Positions 55,217-64,000 of a stretch of DNA of 64,000 bases are shown one piece after another. The stretch comes from Nitrosopumilus sp. (GTDB lineage: Archaea > Thermoproteota > Nitrososphaeria > Nitrososphaerales > Nitrosopumilaceae). The translations under genes were made by a program, and so were the position numbers. The stretch spans positions 1,344,001 through 1,408,000 of the forward strand of contig OY759726.1 in NCBI GenBank assembly GCA_963662625.1. Reading direction: 5' to 3'. Position 1 is the stretch's first letter. Each line of letters begins with the position of its first letter. A model generated the notes under the pieces. That model did no database searches and was not told where the DNA came from. It worked only from the letters and a program-made list of their open reading frames with translations.

Positions 55217-57158
55217 CTTTCAACCTGATCTCTTTTTCTAGTCTTTTTATTCTATCGCGGCACTCTATGGCCCGCTCGAAGTCGAGCTCGTCCGAGTACT
55301 TCCTCATCTGCGCCTCCAGGCCGGCCACGTCGGCCTTCAGGTCGTGCGACGACTTTATCTTCGAGTCGTCCAGGGACGCCACCTGCTCTGGCACCGGCTT
55401 GGTTATCGTCCGCGGCGTGATGCCGTGTTCCCTGTTGTACAGGATCTGCTTCTTCCTGCGCCGCGCGGTCTCCTCCATCGCGTTCCTCATGGACTGGGTC
55501 ACGGAGTCGGCGTACATGATGACCGAGCCGTTGGAGTTGCGGGCGGCCCTGCCGAACGTCTGGATCAGGCTCGTGAAGTTCCTCAGGAACCCCTCCTTGT
55601 CGGCGTCCAGGATGGCGACGAGGGACACCTCGGGTATGTCCAGGCCCTCCCTGAGCAGGTTTATCCCCACCAGCACGTCGAACTCGCCCAGGCGCAGCTG
55701 CCTTATCAGCTCGGTCCTCTCCAGCCCCTCTATCTCGGAGTGCATGTACCTCACGCGGACCTGCTTCCTGGAGAGGTACTCTGCCAGGTCCTCGGCCATC
55801 CGCTTGGTCAGCGTGGTCACCAGGACGCGCTCGTCCCTCCCGGCCCTGGCCGATATCTCCCGGATGAGGTCGTCCATCTGGCCCCCCGTGGGCCTAGTCT
55901 CCACCACCGGGTCGAGCAGCCCTGTCGGCCTCACCACCTGCTCGGCGATCCTCTCTGACACCCTCCTCTCGTACCCGGACGGGGTGGCCGACACGAACAG
56001 CGCGTTCTTGATGTAGCCCTCGAACTCCTCGAACTTGAGCGGCCTGTTGTCGTACGCGCTGGGAAGCCTGAACCCGTACGTGACGAGCTCCTTCTTCCTG
56101 GAGTGGTCGCCCTTGTACATCCCGTGCAGCTGGGGCAGCGTCACGTGCGACTCGTCCACCACCAGCAGGTAGTCGTCGCCGAAAAAATCCATCAGGCAGA
56201 ACGCCTTCTGCCCGGGCTTCCTGCCGTCAAAGTGCCTGGAATAGTTCTCTATGCCGGAGCAGTACCCAAGCTCCTCTATCATCTCGAGGTCGTAGTTCGT
56301 CCTCGTCTCCAGCCTCTGCCTTTCCAGCTCGCTGAGCTGCGGGAGGCGACCCTCCAGCTCGTCCCTGATGGACGCCACCGCCCTGTCCCGCACGTCCCTG
56401 GCGACCAGGTAGTGCTTTGCCGGGAATATCCTCATCTGGGACACCCTGCGCTTCTCCGCCATGGATACGTGGTCGAGCAGCGCGATGCTCTCCACCTCGT
56501 CGCCGAACATGGATATCCTGACGACGTCCTCCGAGTACGCCGGGACCACGTCCAGCGTGTCGCCCCTCACCCTGAAGTTCCCGGGAGCCGGCTCCGTGTC
56601 GTTCCGCTCGTACCTGGCGTCGACGAGCCTCCTGATCAGGTCCTTCCGGGGGATCTCGCCGCCCTGCCTCACCGTGATCGACAGGTCCTTCCAGTCCTGC
56701 GGGTTGCCCAGCGAGTAGATGCACGACACCGTCGAGACTATGATCGTGGGCTCGCCCGACAGCAGCATCGCGGTGGCCTCCAGGCGCAGCTTCTCGATCT
56801 TCTCGTTGACCTGGGTGTCCTTCTCGATGTAGGTGTCTGTCTGCGGTATGTAGCTCTCAGGCTGGTAGTAGTCGTAGTATGACACGAAATACCCCACGTT
56901 GTTCCTGGGGAAGAACTGCTTCAGTTCGGCGTACAGCTGGGCCGCCAGGGTCTTGTTGTGCGATACCACCAGCGCGTTCTTCCCGGTCCTGGCCACCACG
57001 TTCGCCACCGTGAACGTCTTGCCGCTCCCGGTGACGCCCAGCAGCGTCTGCACGCTGCCCCTGTCCACGCCGCCGACCAGGGCGTCTATCGCCTGGGGCT
57101 GGTCGCCCGTGGGGGCGAACTCCGAGTGCAGTTCAAACCTCGCGCCGTGCCGCAACAC
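55203..57158 (-). CDS. uvrB: excinuclease ABC subunit B
   Basis: GVTGSGKT, YYDYYQPE, DESH and GINLLREGLDIPEV. Confidence 0.97.
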   Translation of the reverse strand: MLRHGARFELHSEFAPTGDQPQAIDALVGGVDRGSVQTLLGVTGSGKTFTVANVVARTGKNALVVSHNKTLAAQLYAELKQFFPRNNVGYFVSYYDYYQPESYIPQTDTYIEKDTQVNEKIEKLRLEATAMLLSGEPTIIVSTVSCIYSLGNPQDWKDLSITVRQGGEIPRKDLIRRLVDARYERNDTEPAPGNFRVRGDTLDVVPAYSEDVVRISMFGDEVESIALLDHVSMAEKRRVSQMRIFPAKHYLVARDVRDRAVASIRDELEGRLPQLSELERQRLETRTNYDLEMIEELGYCSGIENYSRHFDGRKPGQKAFCLMDFFGDDYLLVVDESHVTLPQLHGMYKGDHSRKKELVTYGFRLPSAYDNRPLKFEEFEGYIKNALFVSATPSGYERRVSERIAEQVVRPTGLLDPVVETRPTGGQMDDLIREISARAGRDERVLVTTLTKRMAEDLAEYLSRKQVRVRYMHSEIEGLERTELIRQLRLGEFDVLVGINLLREGLDIPEVSLVAILDADKEGFLRNFTSLIQTFGRAARNSNGSVIMYADSVTQSMRNAMEETARRRKKQILYNREHGITPRTITKPVPEQVASLDDSKIKSSHDLKADVAGLEAQMRKYSDELDFERAIECRDRIKRLEKEIRLKDGRK

Positions 57159-57202
57159 ACGGGATCCTCGCGGACTGAATTTAAAGCAATGTCGCGGCGC
57201 GG

Positions 57203-57859
57203 CTACCAGGACGGCTCGTCTACCATCCTGACGCCGTCCCCGGCCACCTCGAAGCCCATGATCTCCAGCGTGGCCCTGGCCCCGGGGGAGCCCCTCGCGA
57301 GGATCTTCTGCGCCAGGGCCGCCCTGTCGCGCCGGGAGCGGTTCTGGCCTATCTTGTACTTGCCGTGGATCGTCTCGGGCACCAGCTTGATCACCGCCAC
57401 CGCGTCCAGGACCCTGGACCCGGGGCCCACCGGCTCGTAGCGCCCCTCGGGCTGGTATTTCCGCATCAGGCCGTTCAGCGCCGACGCCTTCTCGCCCCTG
57501 TCGGCCACGACCGACGCGGCCCCCTTCATGACGACGCTGACGTACAGCGTGTCCGCAAGCGAGGCGTCGCGCGGATCCTCAAAGTATGACGGGAGGAACT
57601 CCAGCTCCCTGTCCACCTCGAAGCCCGCCCTGGGGTTCCTGGCGATGTTGTCCAGCTTCTCGCCGCGGACGTGGGAGTGCATGTATACCGCGCCGTCCAG
57701 GAAGGCAAAGTTCATCGGTATCACCTGCGGGTAGCCGTCCCCGTCGATGGTGGCTATCCGCCCCACGTGTTCCTGGTGGAGGAACTCCCTTATCCTGTCC
57801 TGGGACTTTATCCGCAGGGCAGACGTCAGCCGCAATAACGGGCAGGCCGCGCGCATCAC
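57203..57859 (-). CDS. pyridoxamine 5'-phosphate oxidase-like flavin-binding protein
   Basis: GRIATIDGDGYP.VIPMNF, GEKLDNI and YVSVVMKG. The true start is probably a few codons downstream. Confidence 0.85.
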   Translation of the reverse strand: MMRAACPLLRLTSALRIKSQDRIREFLHQEHVGRIATIDGDGYPQVIPMNFAFLDGAVYMHSHVRGEKLDNIARNPRAGFEVDRELEFLPSYFEDPRDASLADTLYVSVVMKGAASVVADRGEKASALNGLMRKYQPEGRYEPVGPGSRVLDAVAVIKLVPETIHGKYKIGQNRSRRDRAALAQKILARGSPGARATLEIMGFEVAGDGVRMVDEPSW

Positions 57860-57879
57860 TATTAAACCAAGCTGGGGGA

Positions 57880-58080
57880 GACTGGCACGTCGTCAGATCC
57901 ACAACATGTGGCAACTGCGCCTGGATGGTAGCGTGGATGATGCCGCGGCATGACTACGTCCAGCACGCGTCAGGCCCCATGCAGCCACAGCAGGGAAGGT
58001 GGCGATGGGGCAGGCGCGTGGCCATGCGGCGCGCCCCGCGGTGCCTTCGGGAGTGGGATCCGACACATTTCACTTAACCG
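57880..58080 (+). pseudogene. decayed ISH3-like right-end remnant
   Basis: acatttcacttaaccg (58065-58080) matches the IS IR acatttcgcttaactg at 14/16 positions. Confidence 0.45.
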
Positions 58081-58126
58081 CGTTTTCCAAATGGTTCATA
58101 TAACACAGCCTGTCTAGGCATGCGGT

Positions 58127-59104
58127 TTGCCTGTGAAAACACTACTGCTCCTAGCTATGGTGCTAGTTACGTCAGGAATTGCATCTGCAGCACCCGTGCA
58201 TGCACAGGGGCAACAGGACGCGTCCACCGATTTCACAACAAACATAATCAAATGTCAAAAAGACAGCTGGAATGACTATGAATTACAGTATTCAATCACG
58301 AACAATACGCCCCGTGCAGTAGAAAATATGTGGGTGACATACCTGCTGGCTGACTCCGAGGGCAGCGTAGTAAACGTGCGTTCCGATAACTTACTTTATG
58401 GCTTGAATCTCCAACCAACTCAAACTGCCTACAAGAGCGACTATGCGGGATTCTCTATAACCACGCCCGGCTATGACTGTAAAATAACCATCCAAAGTGT
58501 AGAGTATAAGGACATGGCGCCGCCACCCACAGACTGTGATCCTTCATATCCCGACGTGTGCATTCCGTCACCCCCGCCCGACTTAGACTGTCATGACATC
58601 GCATACGCTAACTTTAAGGTTGTGGGAAATGATCCCCATGATTTTGATGGGGATGGCGACGGCACCGGATGTGAAACAAGCGTGGTGGACGTAATAAACG
58701 CCCTCACGCAAAGGATCGTCTCACTTGAGGGCCTGATAGCGGATCTTACGGCACGAATAGCCGCACTTGAAACAGGCACAACCGCACCGCAGACATTGGT
58801 TACCGGAACCGTGTTTAGGGATGCCAACGGCAATGGGATCATGGATGCGGACGAAAGTGGGTTATCTGGGGTTGGAATGGTGGCAGTAGGCCTGGCCGAC
58901 CCGAACAACCCCTCCAGAACAACCACGGATTCGGAGGGCAGATATTCTTTTAAAGCGAAACCCGCGCCTGCAACAACATTGATACAAACCACGGTGTCCA
59001 CAGTCAACCTTACGCTTACCACCGACTGGTATACGTACGCAAGCCCACAAGAAGGCACAACCGTGACATTTGACATTGGGTTCAGGCACTGGACCGGGCC
59101 ATGA
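58127..59104 (+). CDS. secreted protein with excalibur-like Ca-binding, coiled-coil and SdrD-B-like domains
   Basis: Signal peptide; CDPSYPDVCIP...DLDC...DPHDFDGDGDGTGCE; GTVFRDANGNG. Lower GC than its neighbours. Confidence 0.8.
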   Translation: MPVKTLLLLAMVLVTSGIASAAPVHAQGQQDASTDFTTNIIKCQKDSWNDYELQYSITNNTPRAVENMWVTYLLADSEGSVVNVRSDNLLYGLNLQPTQTAYKSDYAGFSITTPGYDCKITIQSVEYKDMAPPPTDCDPSYPDVCIPSPPPDLDCHDIAYANFKVVGNDPHDFDGDGDGTGCETSVVDVINALTQRIVSLEGLIADLTARIAALETGTTAPQTLVTGTVFRDANGNGIMDADESGLSGVGMVAVGLADPNNPSRTTTDSEGRYSFKAKPAPATTLIQTTVSTVNLTLTTDWYTYASPQEGTTVTFDIGFRHWTGP

Positions 59105-59454
59105 CCTTCCAAAATAACTTAGTCGGTACTGCTAGCATGATCCTGTAGGTGTGACACGCGCGGCCGCCGGGCCGCAAGCAGGCCACAGCGTGGGTGCCGG
59201 TGCGGTGCCGCATCATGGAGGAAAGCGGCCTGCCCGCGCCCCCGCTGCAAAATCTGGGGGGTGCGGGCGGACACGCTACTGGCGCAGGAACTCCAACGCC
59301 GCGCGGCGCATCCCCCGGTACGCCATGAGGGGCGGCTCGCCGTGCTGGGTTGGCGGGAAGGGCGTCCGAGGGCTTGGTGACTTCTGACCGGCGCACTTTC
59401 AACTGCTTGGCTCCGCCGCGGAAACCGCGCGCGGGGGCCGCGGCCCCCGGGCTG

Positions 59455-60552
59455 TCACTTCCTGGCCTTTTCGCGCAGCACCGGCATCACGCTGCTGGCA
59501 AACTTGTCGATCGATCCAAAGTAGTTCTTGCCCCAGAACCTGATCACGAAGTGGTTCACCCCAGCGTCCATGAACCTCTCGAAGGTCGGTATCACGTCGT
59601 CGGGCGTGCCCACGGCGGTGGACGAGCGCGCCACGGGCTCCGGGATCTTCGTCGCCGCCTCCCTCATCTTCACGATCCAGTCCTGGTTGGACATCGAGTA
59701 CTCAGTAAAGTACTTCCTGAAATCAAAGCCCTCGATCTCCTTCAGCCCGTGCACCCTGAGTATCTCGGGCTTGAACAGGCTCACCTTCACCGCCTCCTTC
59801 ATCCTTGCCCACGACTCTTCGGCGTCCTCCGAAAAGTAGACGTCGATGTCGAGCGCGTACTGGAAGCTGTCCTTCTCCTCCTGCGTCCTGCCGGCCTCGT
59901 CCATGGCCTTCTGGATCTGCCTGGCGTGGTCCTCGAACAGTTCCGGGGTATACCCTATCGGCAGCCACCCGTCGCCCAGCTTCCCGGTAAGCGCGAGCGT
60001 GCGCTTGCCGCCAGACGCCATGTACGTCGGGGGCCGCGGCTTCCTGATGGGCGGGGCCTGCAGGCACGCGCCCTTCAGCTGGTAGTATTTCCCGTCATAG
60101 TCGACCGTGTTCTTCGGGGTCGACCCGTACAGCGTGTGTATGGTCTCGATCTGCTCCTCCCACTTCGAGACCGGCTTTTCGAACGGGATGCAGAACTCCT
60201 TGAGGTTCTGGGCCTCCCCCGCGCCTATCCCGAGGATGGCCCTCCCCTTCGATATCCTGTCAAGCGTGATCGCGGCCAGCGCTATGTTCGACGGGTGGCG
60301 CCTGATGGCGTCGGTCACGCACGTCCCGATCTCCACGTTGTTGGTAACTGCCGCGATGGCCGAGAGCATCACCCACGGGTCCAGGACTATGGCGTTGGTC
60401 CACTGCGGCACGTTCGTGTGGTCCATGTAGAATATGGAATCGTACCCAGTCTTGTCCGCAAGCATGCACGCGGTGAGTATCTGGTCCTCCGTGTACCCGG
60501 CCCTTGCCACGTTGAGCCCGTTCTGGATGCCGAACTTTATGCCGCCTGCCAT
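59455..60552 (-). CDS. LLM-class (probably F420-dependent) oxidoreductase
   Basis: DPWVMLSAIAA, LDRISKGRAILGIGAG and GDGW. Confidence 0.9.
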   Translation of the reverse strand: MAGGIKFGIQNGLNVARAGYTEDQILTACMLADKTGYDSIFYMDHTNVPQWTNAIVLDPWVMLSAIAAVTNNVEIGTCVTDAIRRHPSNIALAAITLDRISKGRAILGIGAGEAQNLKEFCIPFEKPVSKWEEQIETIHTLYGSTPKNTVDYDGKYYQLKGACLQAPPIRKPRPPTYMASGGKRTLALTGKLGDGWLPIGYTPELFEDHARQIQKAMDEAGRTQEEKDSFQYALDIDVYFSEDAEESWARMKEAVKVSLFKPEILRVHGLKEIEGFDFRKYFTEYSMSNQDWIVKMREAATKIPEPVARSSTAVGTPDDVIPTFERFMDAGVNHFVIRFWGKNYFGSIDKFASSVMPVLREKARK

Positions 60553-60654
60553 GTAACATTACGGTAAATTTCTAGGTAAATAAGTTTAAGTCCAGGCGTG
60601 AGGGCCGCGCGATCCGGCGCGCCGTGGCGGAAACGGAAAAACGCGCGCCGGGAT

Positions 60655-61599
60655 TCAGAGGTTGCCGGCCTTGATGTCCTCTAGGCACCTCACCACGTCC
60701 TCCTTGGTGATCGGGACCGGGTTGGGATCCAGGTGGCCCCTGTCTGTCATCACCACGTCGGCGGCCTCGTGCACGTCTGCCTTGAGATCAAGCCTGTCGA
60801 AGCCGAGCTTCCCCATGGCCTCCTTGAACCGGTCGTAGAAGACGGACTTGTTGTGCCTGTGCGCCACCGTGGTGCAGGAGGACAGCGAGTAGCCGTGCGG
60901 TATGCCCTCGTTTGAGAACGCGTAGGACAGCGCGTGCCCCAGGGTGGTGGAGCAGTTGCCAAAGCCCATGCCGGACAGCATCGAGCCGTACGGGTACATC
61001 TCGGGCTTGTCGTTCATTATGGCGTCATACAGGATGTCGAACGCCGTCTTGCACAGCGTCCTGGTCAGGTCGTTGCCGAGCTTGCTGTCGTAGCCCTCCG
61101 TCGCCTGCGCGCACGCGTCGCACACGGAGTTCTTGATGACCTGCTCGGGGGTGCCAGACATGAAGTACGAGTCCACGACTGCCATGTCGGCCATGAACCT
61201 GTCCTCGTGGAGGAGCTTCTTCTTGCCGTCGAACTTCAGCACGCAGTAGGTGGTCATCTCGGCCCCGGTCCCGAACGTGGTCGGTATCAGGATCTTCTCC
61301 TTCTTCATCTCGGGCGCGGCGTACTTTACCACGTCCATCGAGCTCCCGCCACCGAGCCCGATCAGCACCGACGGGTCCCTCTCCTTGAACTGCGAGATGA
61401 CTGCGTTGACGTCGTCGATCGACGGCTCCGGCGTCACCTTGTCGTACAGCATGTAGTCCTGGATCCCCATCTTGGCAAGCCACTTGTCGGAGAGCTCCGG
61501 CGGCACCGTGGTCACCACCAGGGCGTTCCTGGGGTACTCCGTCTGGCCCAGCGCGTCCTCCCCGAAGTTGATGACCTTGGGAATTCGCACGGTATCCAT
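60655..61599 (-). CDS. iron-containing alcohol dehydrogenase
   Basis: GLGGGSSMD, PTTFGTGAE and His ligands (GHALSY, PHG). Confidence 0.88.
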   Translation of the reverse strand: MDTVRIPKVINFGEDALGQTEYPRNALVVTTVPPELSDKWLAKMGIQDYMLYDKVTPEPSIDDVNAVISQFKERDPSVLIGLGGGSSMDVVKYAAPEMKKEKILIPTTFGTGAEMTTYCVLKFDGKKKLLHEDRFMADMAVVDSYFMSGTPEQVIKNSVCDACAQATEGYDSKLGNDLTRTLCKTAFDILYDAIMNDKPEMYPYGSMLSGMGFGNCSTTLGHALSYAFSNEGIPHGYSLSSCTTVAHRHNKSVFYDRFKEAMGKLGFDRLDLKADVHEAADVVMTDRGHLDPNPVPITKEDVVRCLEDIKAGNL

Positions 61600-61653
61600 G
61601 GATCAGTGGCGTCATTGATTATTATTATATCTTGCATTGGCGGGTGCATATGC

Positions 61654-62931
61654 ATGATTATCCGGAATTTCTCGGATCTCGCGACGTCCGGGAGGCGGCG
61701 GAAGTGCCTGGAGATCCTGGAGGCGGGGCTGGCGGCGGCCGATCCCGCGGGCATCCTGCCCAGGTACGTCAAGAGGACGCACATAGACGCCGGCGGGAGG
61801 CGGATCGACCTGCCCGGGTACTCCGGGGTCTACACCGTGGCGTTTGGCAAGGCGGCCGACTCCATGACCCGGGCGGTCAACGCGGCAGCCCCGGTGCGCG
61901 CCGGCGTCATAGTGATGCCCAGGGGCTCCAGGTCGCTGATCCTGGGGAGGAAGTTCAAGATATTCAACGCCGGCCACCCCCGGCCGGACGGGACCAGCGT
62001 GAGGGCCGCAAGGGAGACGGTCAAGTTCCTGCGCAACAGGAGGCACGGGGACCTGGTGGTGTTCCTGGTGTCGGGCGGCGCATCGGCCCTCCTCGCGATG
62101 CCAGACGGCGTGGCCCTCGACGACAAGATCCGGGTCACCGACCTCCTGCTGCGGTCCGGCGCCACGATCCGGGAGTTCAACTGCGTCAGGAAGCACCTCT
62201 CGGGGATAAAGGGCGGCAGGCTGGTCGCGGGCCTGAAATGCCACGCGGTCGCCCTCGTGATGTCCGACGTCGAGGGCGACGACGTCTCGACGATAGCCTC
62301 GGGGACCACGTCGATGGATCCCACCACGTTCCAGGACGCGGTGGACGTCATAAGGAAGTACGGCCTGCAGCGGAGGATCCCGCCGGAGGCGTGGGGGGTG
62401 CTCGAGGACGGGCTGTGCGGGAGGCGGCCCGAGACCCCGAAGGAGGGGTCCGTGCCACACCACGTCGTAGCCGGCAACGGCACCTGCCTGGACGCGATGC
62501 GCCGGAAGGCCGGGGAGCTGGGCTACGAGGCAGACACGATCCGGGTGTCCGGGGACATCAAGGACGCCGTAAGGGAGGTGGCCGGGAGGATCCCCCAGGA
62601 GGAGGGCAGGTGCCTGCTGTTTGGCGGGGAGACCACCGTCAGGGTCCTGGGCAGGGGGATGGGGGGAAGGAACCACGAGATGGTCCTGCGGCTGCTGAAG
62701 AACTCGCAGAGGTGCAAGAGGGTGGCCATCGCGTCGATCGGCACCGACGGCATCGACGGCAACACGCCGTTCGCGGGCGCAATAACCGAGAACGTCAGGA
62801 CGGACCCGGAGGCCATAAAGGGGTTCCTCAGGGACAGCGACTCCGGGAGGTTCTTCCAGAAGCAGAACGCAAACATCTCCACTGGCCCCACCCACACCAA
62901 CCTGATGGACATCGGGGTGGTGCTGAGGTGA
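61654..62931 (+). CDS. glycerate 2-kinase (MOFRL family)
   Basis: GKAA, HPRPD, SGGASAL, GGETTV, GTDGIDG and TGPTHTNLMD. Confidence 0.92.
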   Translation: MIIRNFSDLATSGRRRKCLEILEAGLAAADPAGILPRYVKRTHIDAGGRRIDLPGYSGVYTVAFGKAADSMTRAVNAAAPVRAGVIVMPRGSRSLILGRKFKIFNAGHPRPDGTSVRAARETVKFLRNRRHGDLVVFLVSGGASALLAMPDGVALDDKIRVTDLLLRSGATIREFNCVRKHLSGIKGGRLVAGLKCHAVALVMSDVEGDDVSTIASGTTSMDPTTFQDAVDVIRKYGLQRRIPPEAWGVLEDGLCGRRPETPKEGSVPHHVVAGNGTCLDAMRRKAGELGYEADTIRVSGDIKDAVREVAGRIPQEEGRCLLFGGETTVRVLGRGMGGRNHEMVLRLLKNSQRCKRVAIASIGTDGIDGNTPFAGAITENVRTDPEAIKGFLRDSDSGRFFQKQNANISTGPTHTNLMDIGVVLR

Positions 62932-63162
62932 GCCCAGCGGGAGCCGCTTTAAACGCCGCTTAAAAACGGGGCCGCGGTTCAACGGACGTTTGGGAAACGT
63001 CCAGCCACGCGGCCATGTTTAATGCAACGCGCCGGCGGGCTTGAAATACCACGGCCGCGCACTATTCCCATGGCAAGGATGATCGAGGACGACTGCGGGG
63101 ATCCCTCGTGCGGGTGCAGGCGCCACGCCACGCGGTCCAGAAGGGGGAGCGTGAGGGGGTAG

Positions 63163-63408
63163 TTGGAGGTAGCATACGTGCTCGTCCAGTGCGACCTGGG
63201 ATCCGAGGAGGACGTCATCCGGCAGATAATGGAGATCGGCGACGCGAGGGAGGTCAGGGGGACGTACGGCATATACGACGTGTTCTGCAAGGTGGAGTCA
63301 GAGTCCACCGAGGCGCTCAACGAGGCGATCACCAACAGGATCAGGAAGATCCCGAAGATAAGGTCGACCATAACGCTGCGCTCCATCCCGTCGCAGGGGG
63401 GAAGGTGA
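63163..63408 (+). CDS. stand-alone Lrp/AsnC ligand-binding domain protein
   Basis: AYVLVQC...GTYGIYDV...IRKIPKIRSTITL. Confidence 0.88.
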   Translation: MEVAYVLVQCDLGSEEDVIRQIMEIGDAREVRGTYGIYDVFCKVESESTEALNEAITNRIRKIPKIRSTITLRSIPSQGGR

Positions 63409-63409
63409 C

Positions 63410-63646
63410 GTGCTCGAGAGGCAGTTTGACGCGAGCCTCCTGTACAACAGGATAGTGCACTACTACGTCGACAAGAAGGGCCTCACGAAGGAGAGGGCAA
63501 ACGCCATCGCCCAGGCAGTGGTGCTGAGGGAGTCCCAAAGGAGGATCTGCAAGGGCGGCGACTGCGGGCACTTTTCGCACGACCACCTGAGGAACTCCGG
63601 GGCGTGCCTGGTGCAGGGCTGCGGCTGCGGCGGGTTCTCTAGGTAA
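63410..63646 (+). CDS. small Cys/His-rich hypothetical protein
   Basis: C...CGH...H...C...CGC C-terminus. Confidence 0.7.
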   Translation: MLERQFDASLLYNRIVHYYVDKKGLTKERANAIAQAVVLRESQRRICKGGDCGHFSHDHLRNSGACLVQGCGCGGFSR

Positions 63647-64000
63647 AGTCGTCAAGCGAGACCCCGTCGAGCGGCCGCGCGCTGATCCCCAGCCCGCGCA
63701 GCGACTGCGCGAACTCCTCGACGAACCCGTGGACGGTGTACACCTGCTCGGCGCCGGAGGCCACCACCATGTCCACCAGCTCCGGGAAGTCGCAGTGGTC
63801 GCTCAGCGGGAACGTATAGTCGGCGCCCCTGCCGAACGCGAACCTCTTGGACTGCGCCCACCCGCTAAAGCCGATCGTCACCGCGCCGTACCCCCCGCGC
63901 ATCTCCGAGAGGAACCTGCTCCTTGACGGCATCATGGGGGCGATCATCATCCACGGCTTCTTCTCTAGCAGCCCCCTTTCCATGGCCTCCGAGTGGCCCG
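63639..64000 (-). CDS. MBL-fold beta-CASP nuclease, C-terminal part (truncated by the window edge)
   Basis: FSGWA, FPLSDHCDF and VYTVHGF. Confidence 0.85.
   Translation of the reverse strand, partial: GHSEAMERGLLEKKPWMMIAPMMPSRSRFLSEMRGGYGAVTIGFSGWAQSKRFAFGRGADYTFPLSDHCDFPELVDMVVASGAEQVYTVHGFVEEFAQSLRGLGISARPLDGVSLDDFT

Overview
High-GC archaeal DNA whose gene content and proteins point to a thaumarchaeote (Nitrosopumilaceae-like, possibly host-associated; this is inference). It is mostly housekeeping: PINA ATPase, tldD-udg-mpg, aspS, ilvB-ilvN-leuA-leuB, carAB, cdvC/Vps4 with an ESCRT-III-like gene, citrate synthase, uvrBAC and glycerate kinase. An accessory island (about 15.4-26.4 kb) encodes two very large secreted repeat proteins (FG-GAP/integrin-like and DUF285/BspA-like) among decayed IS630 and IS481 elements, and an intact ISH3-like IS lies at 35.5-36.8 kb. 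The main finding is in carB, which is interrupted inside its conserved N-terminal GEAGE|FDYSG motif by a 21-nt insert (41712-41732, minus strand) carrying an in-frame TAA. The insert folds into a bulge-helix-bulge/loop motif whose canonical cut sites restore the reading frame exactly, so it looks like an archaeal pre-mRNA intron removed by the tRNA-splicing endonuclease. All calls come from reading the sequence by eye; no searches or folding programs were run.
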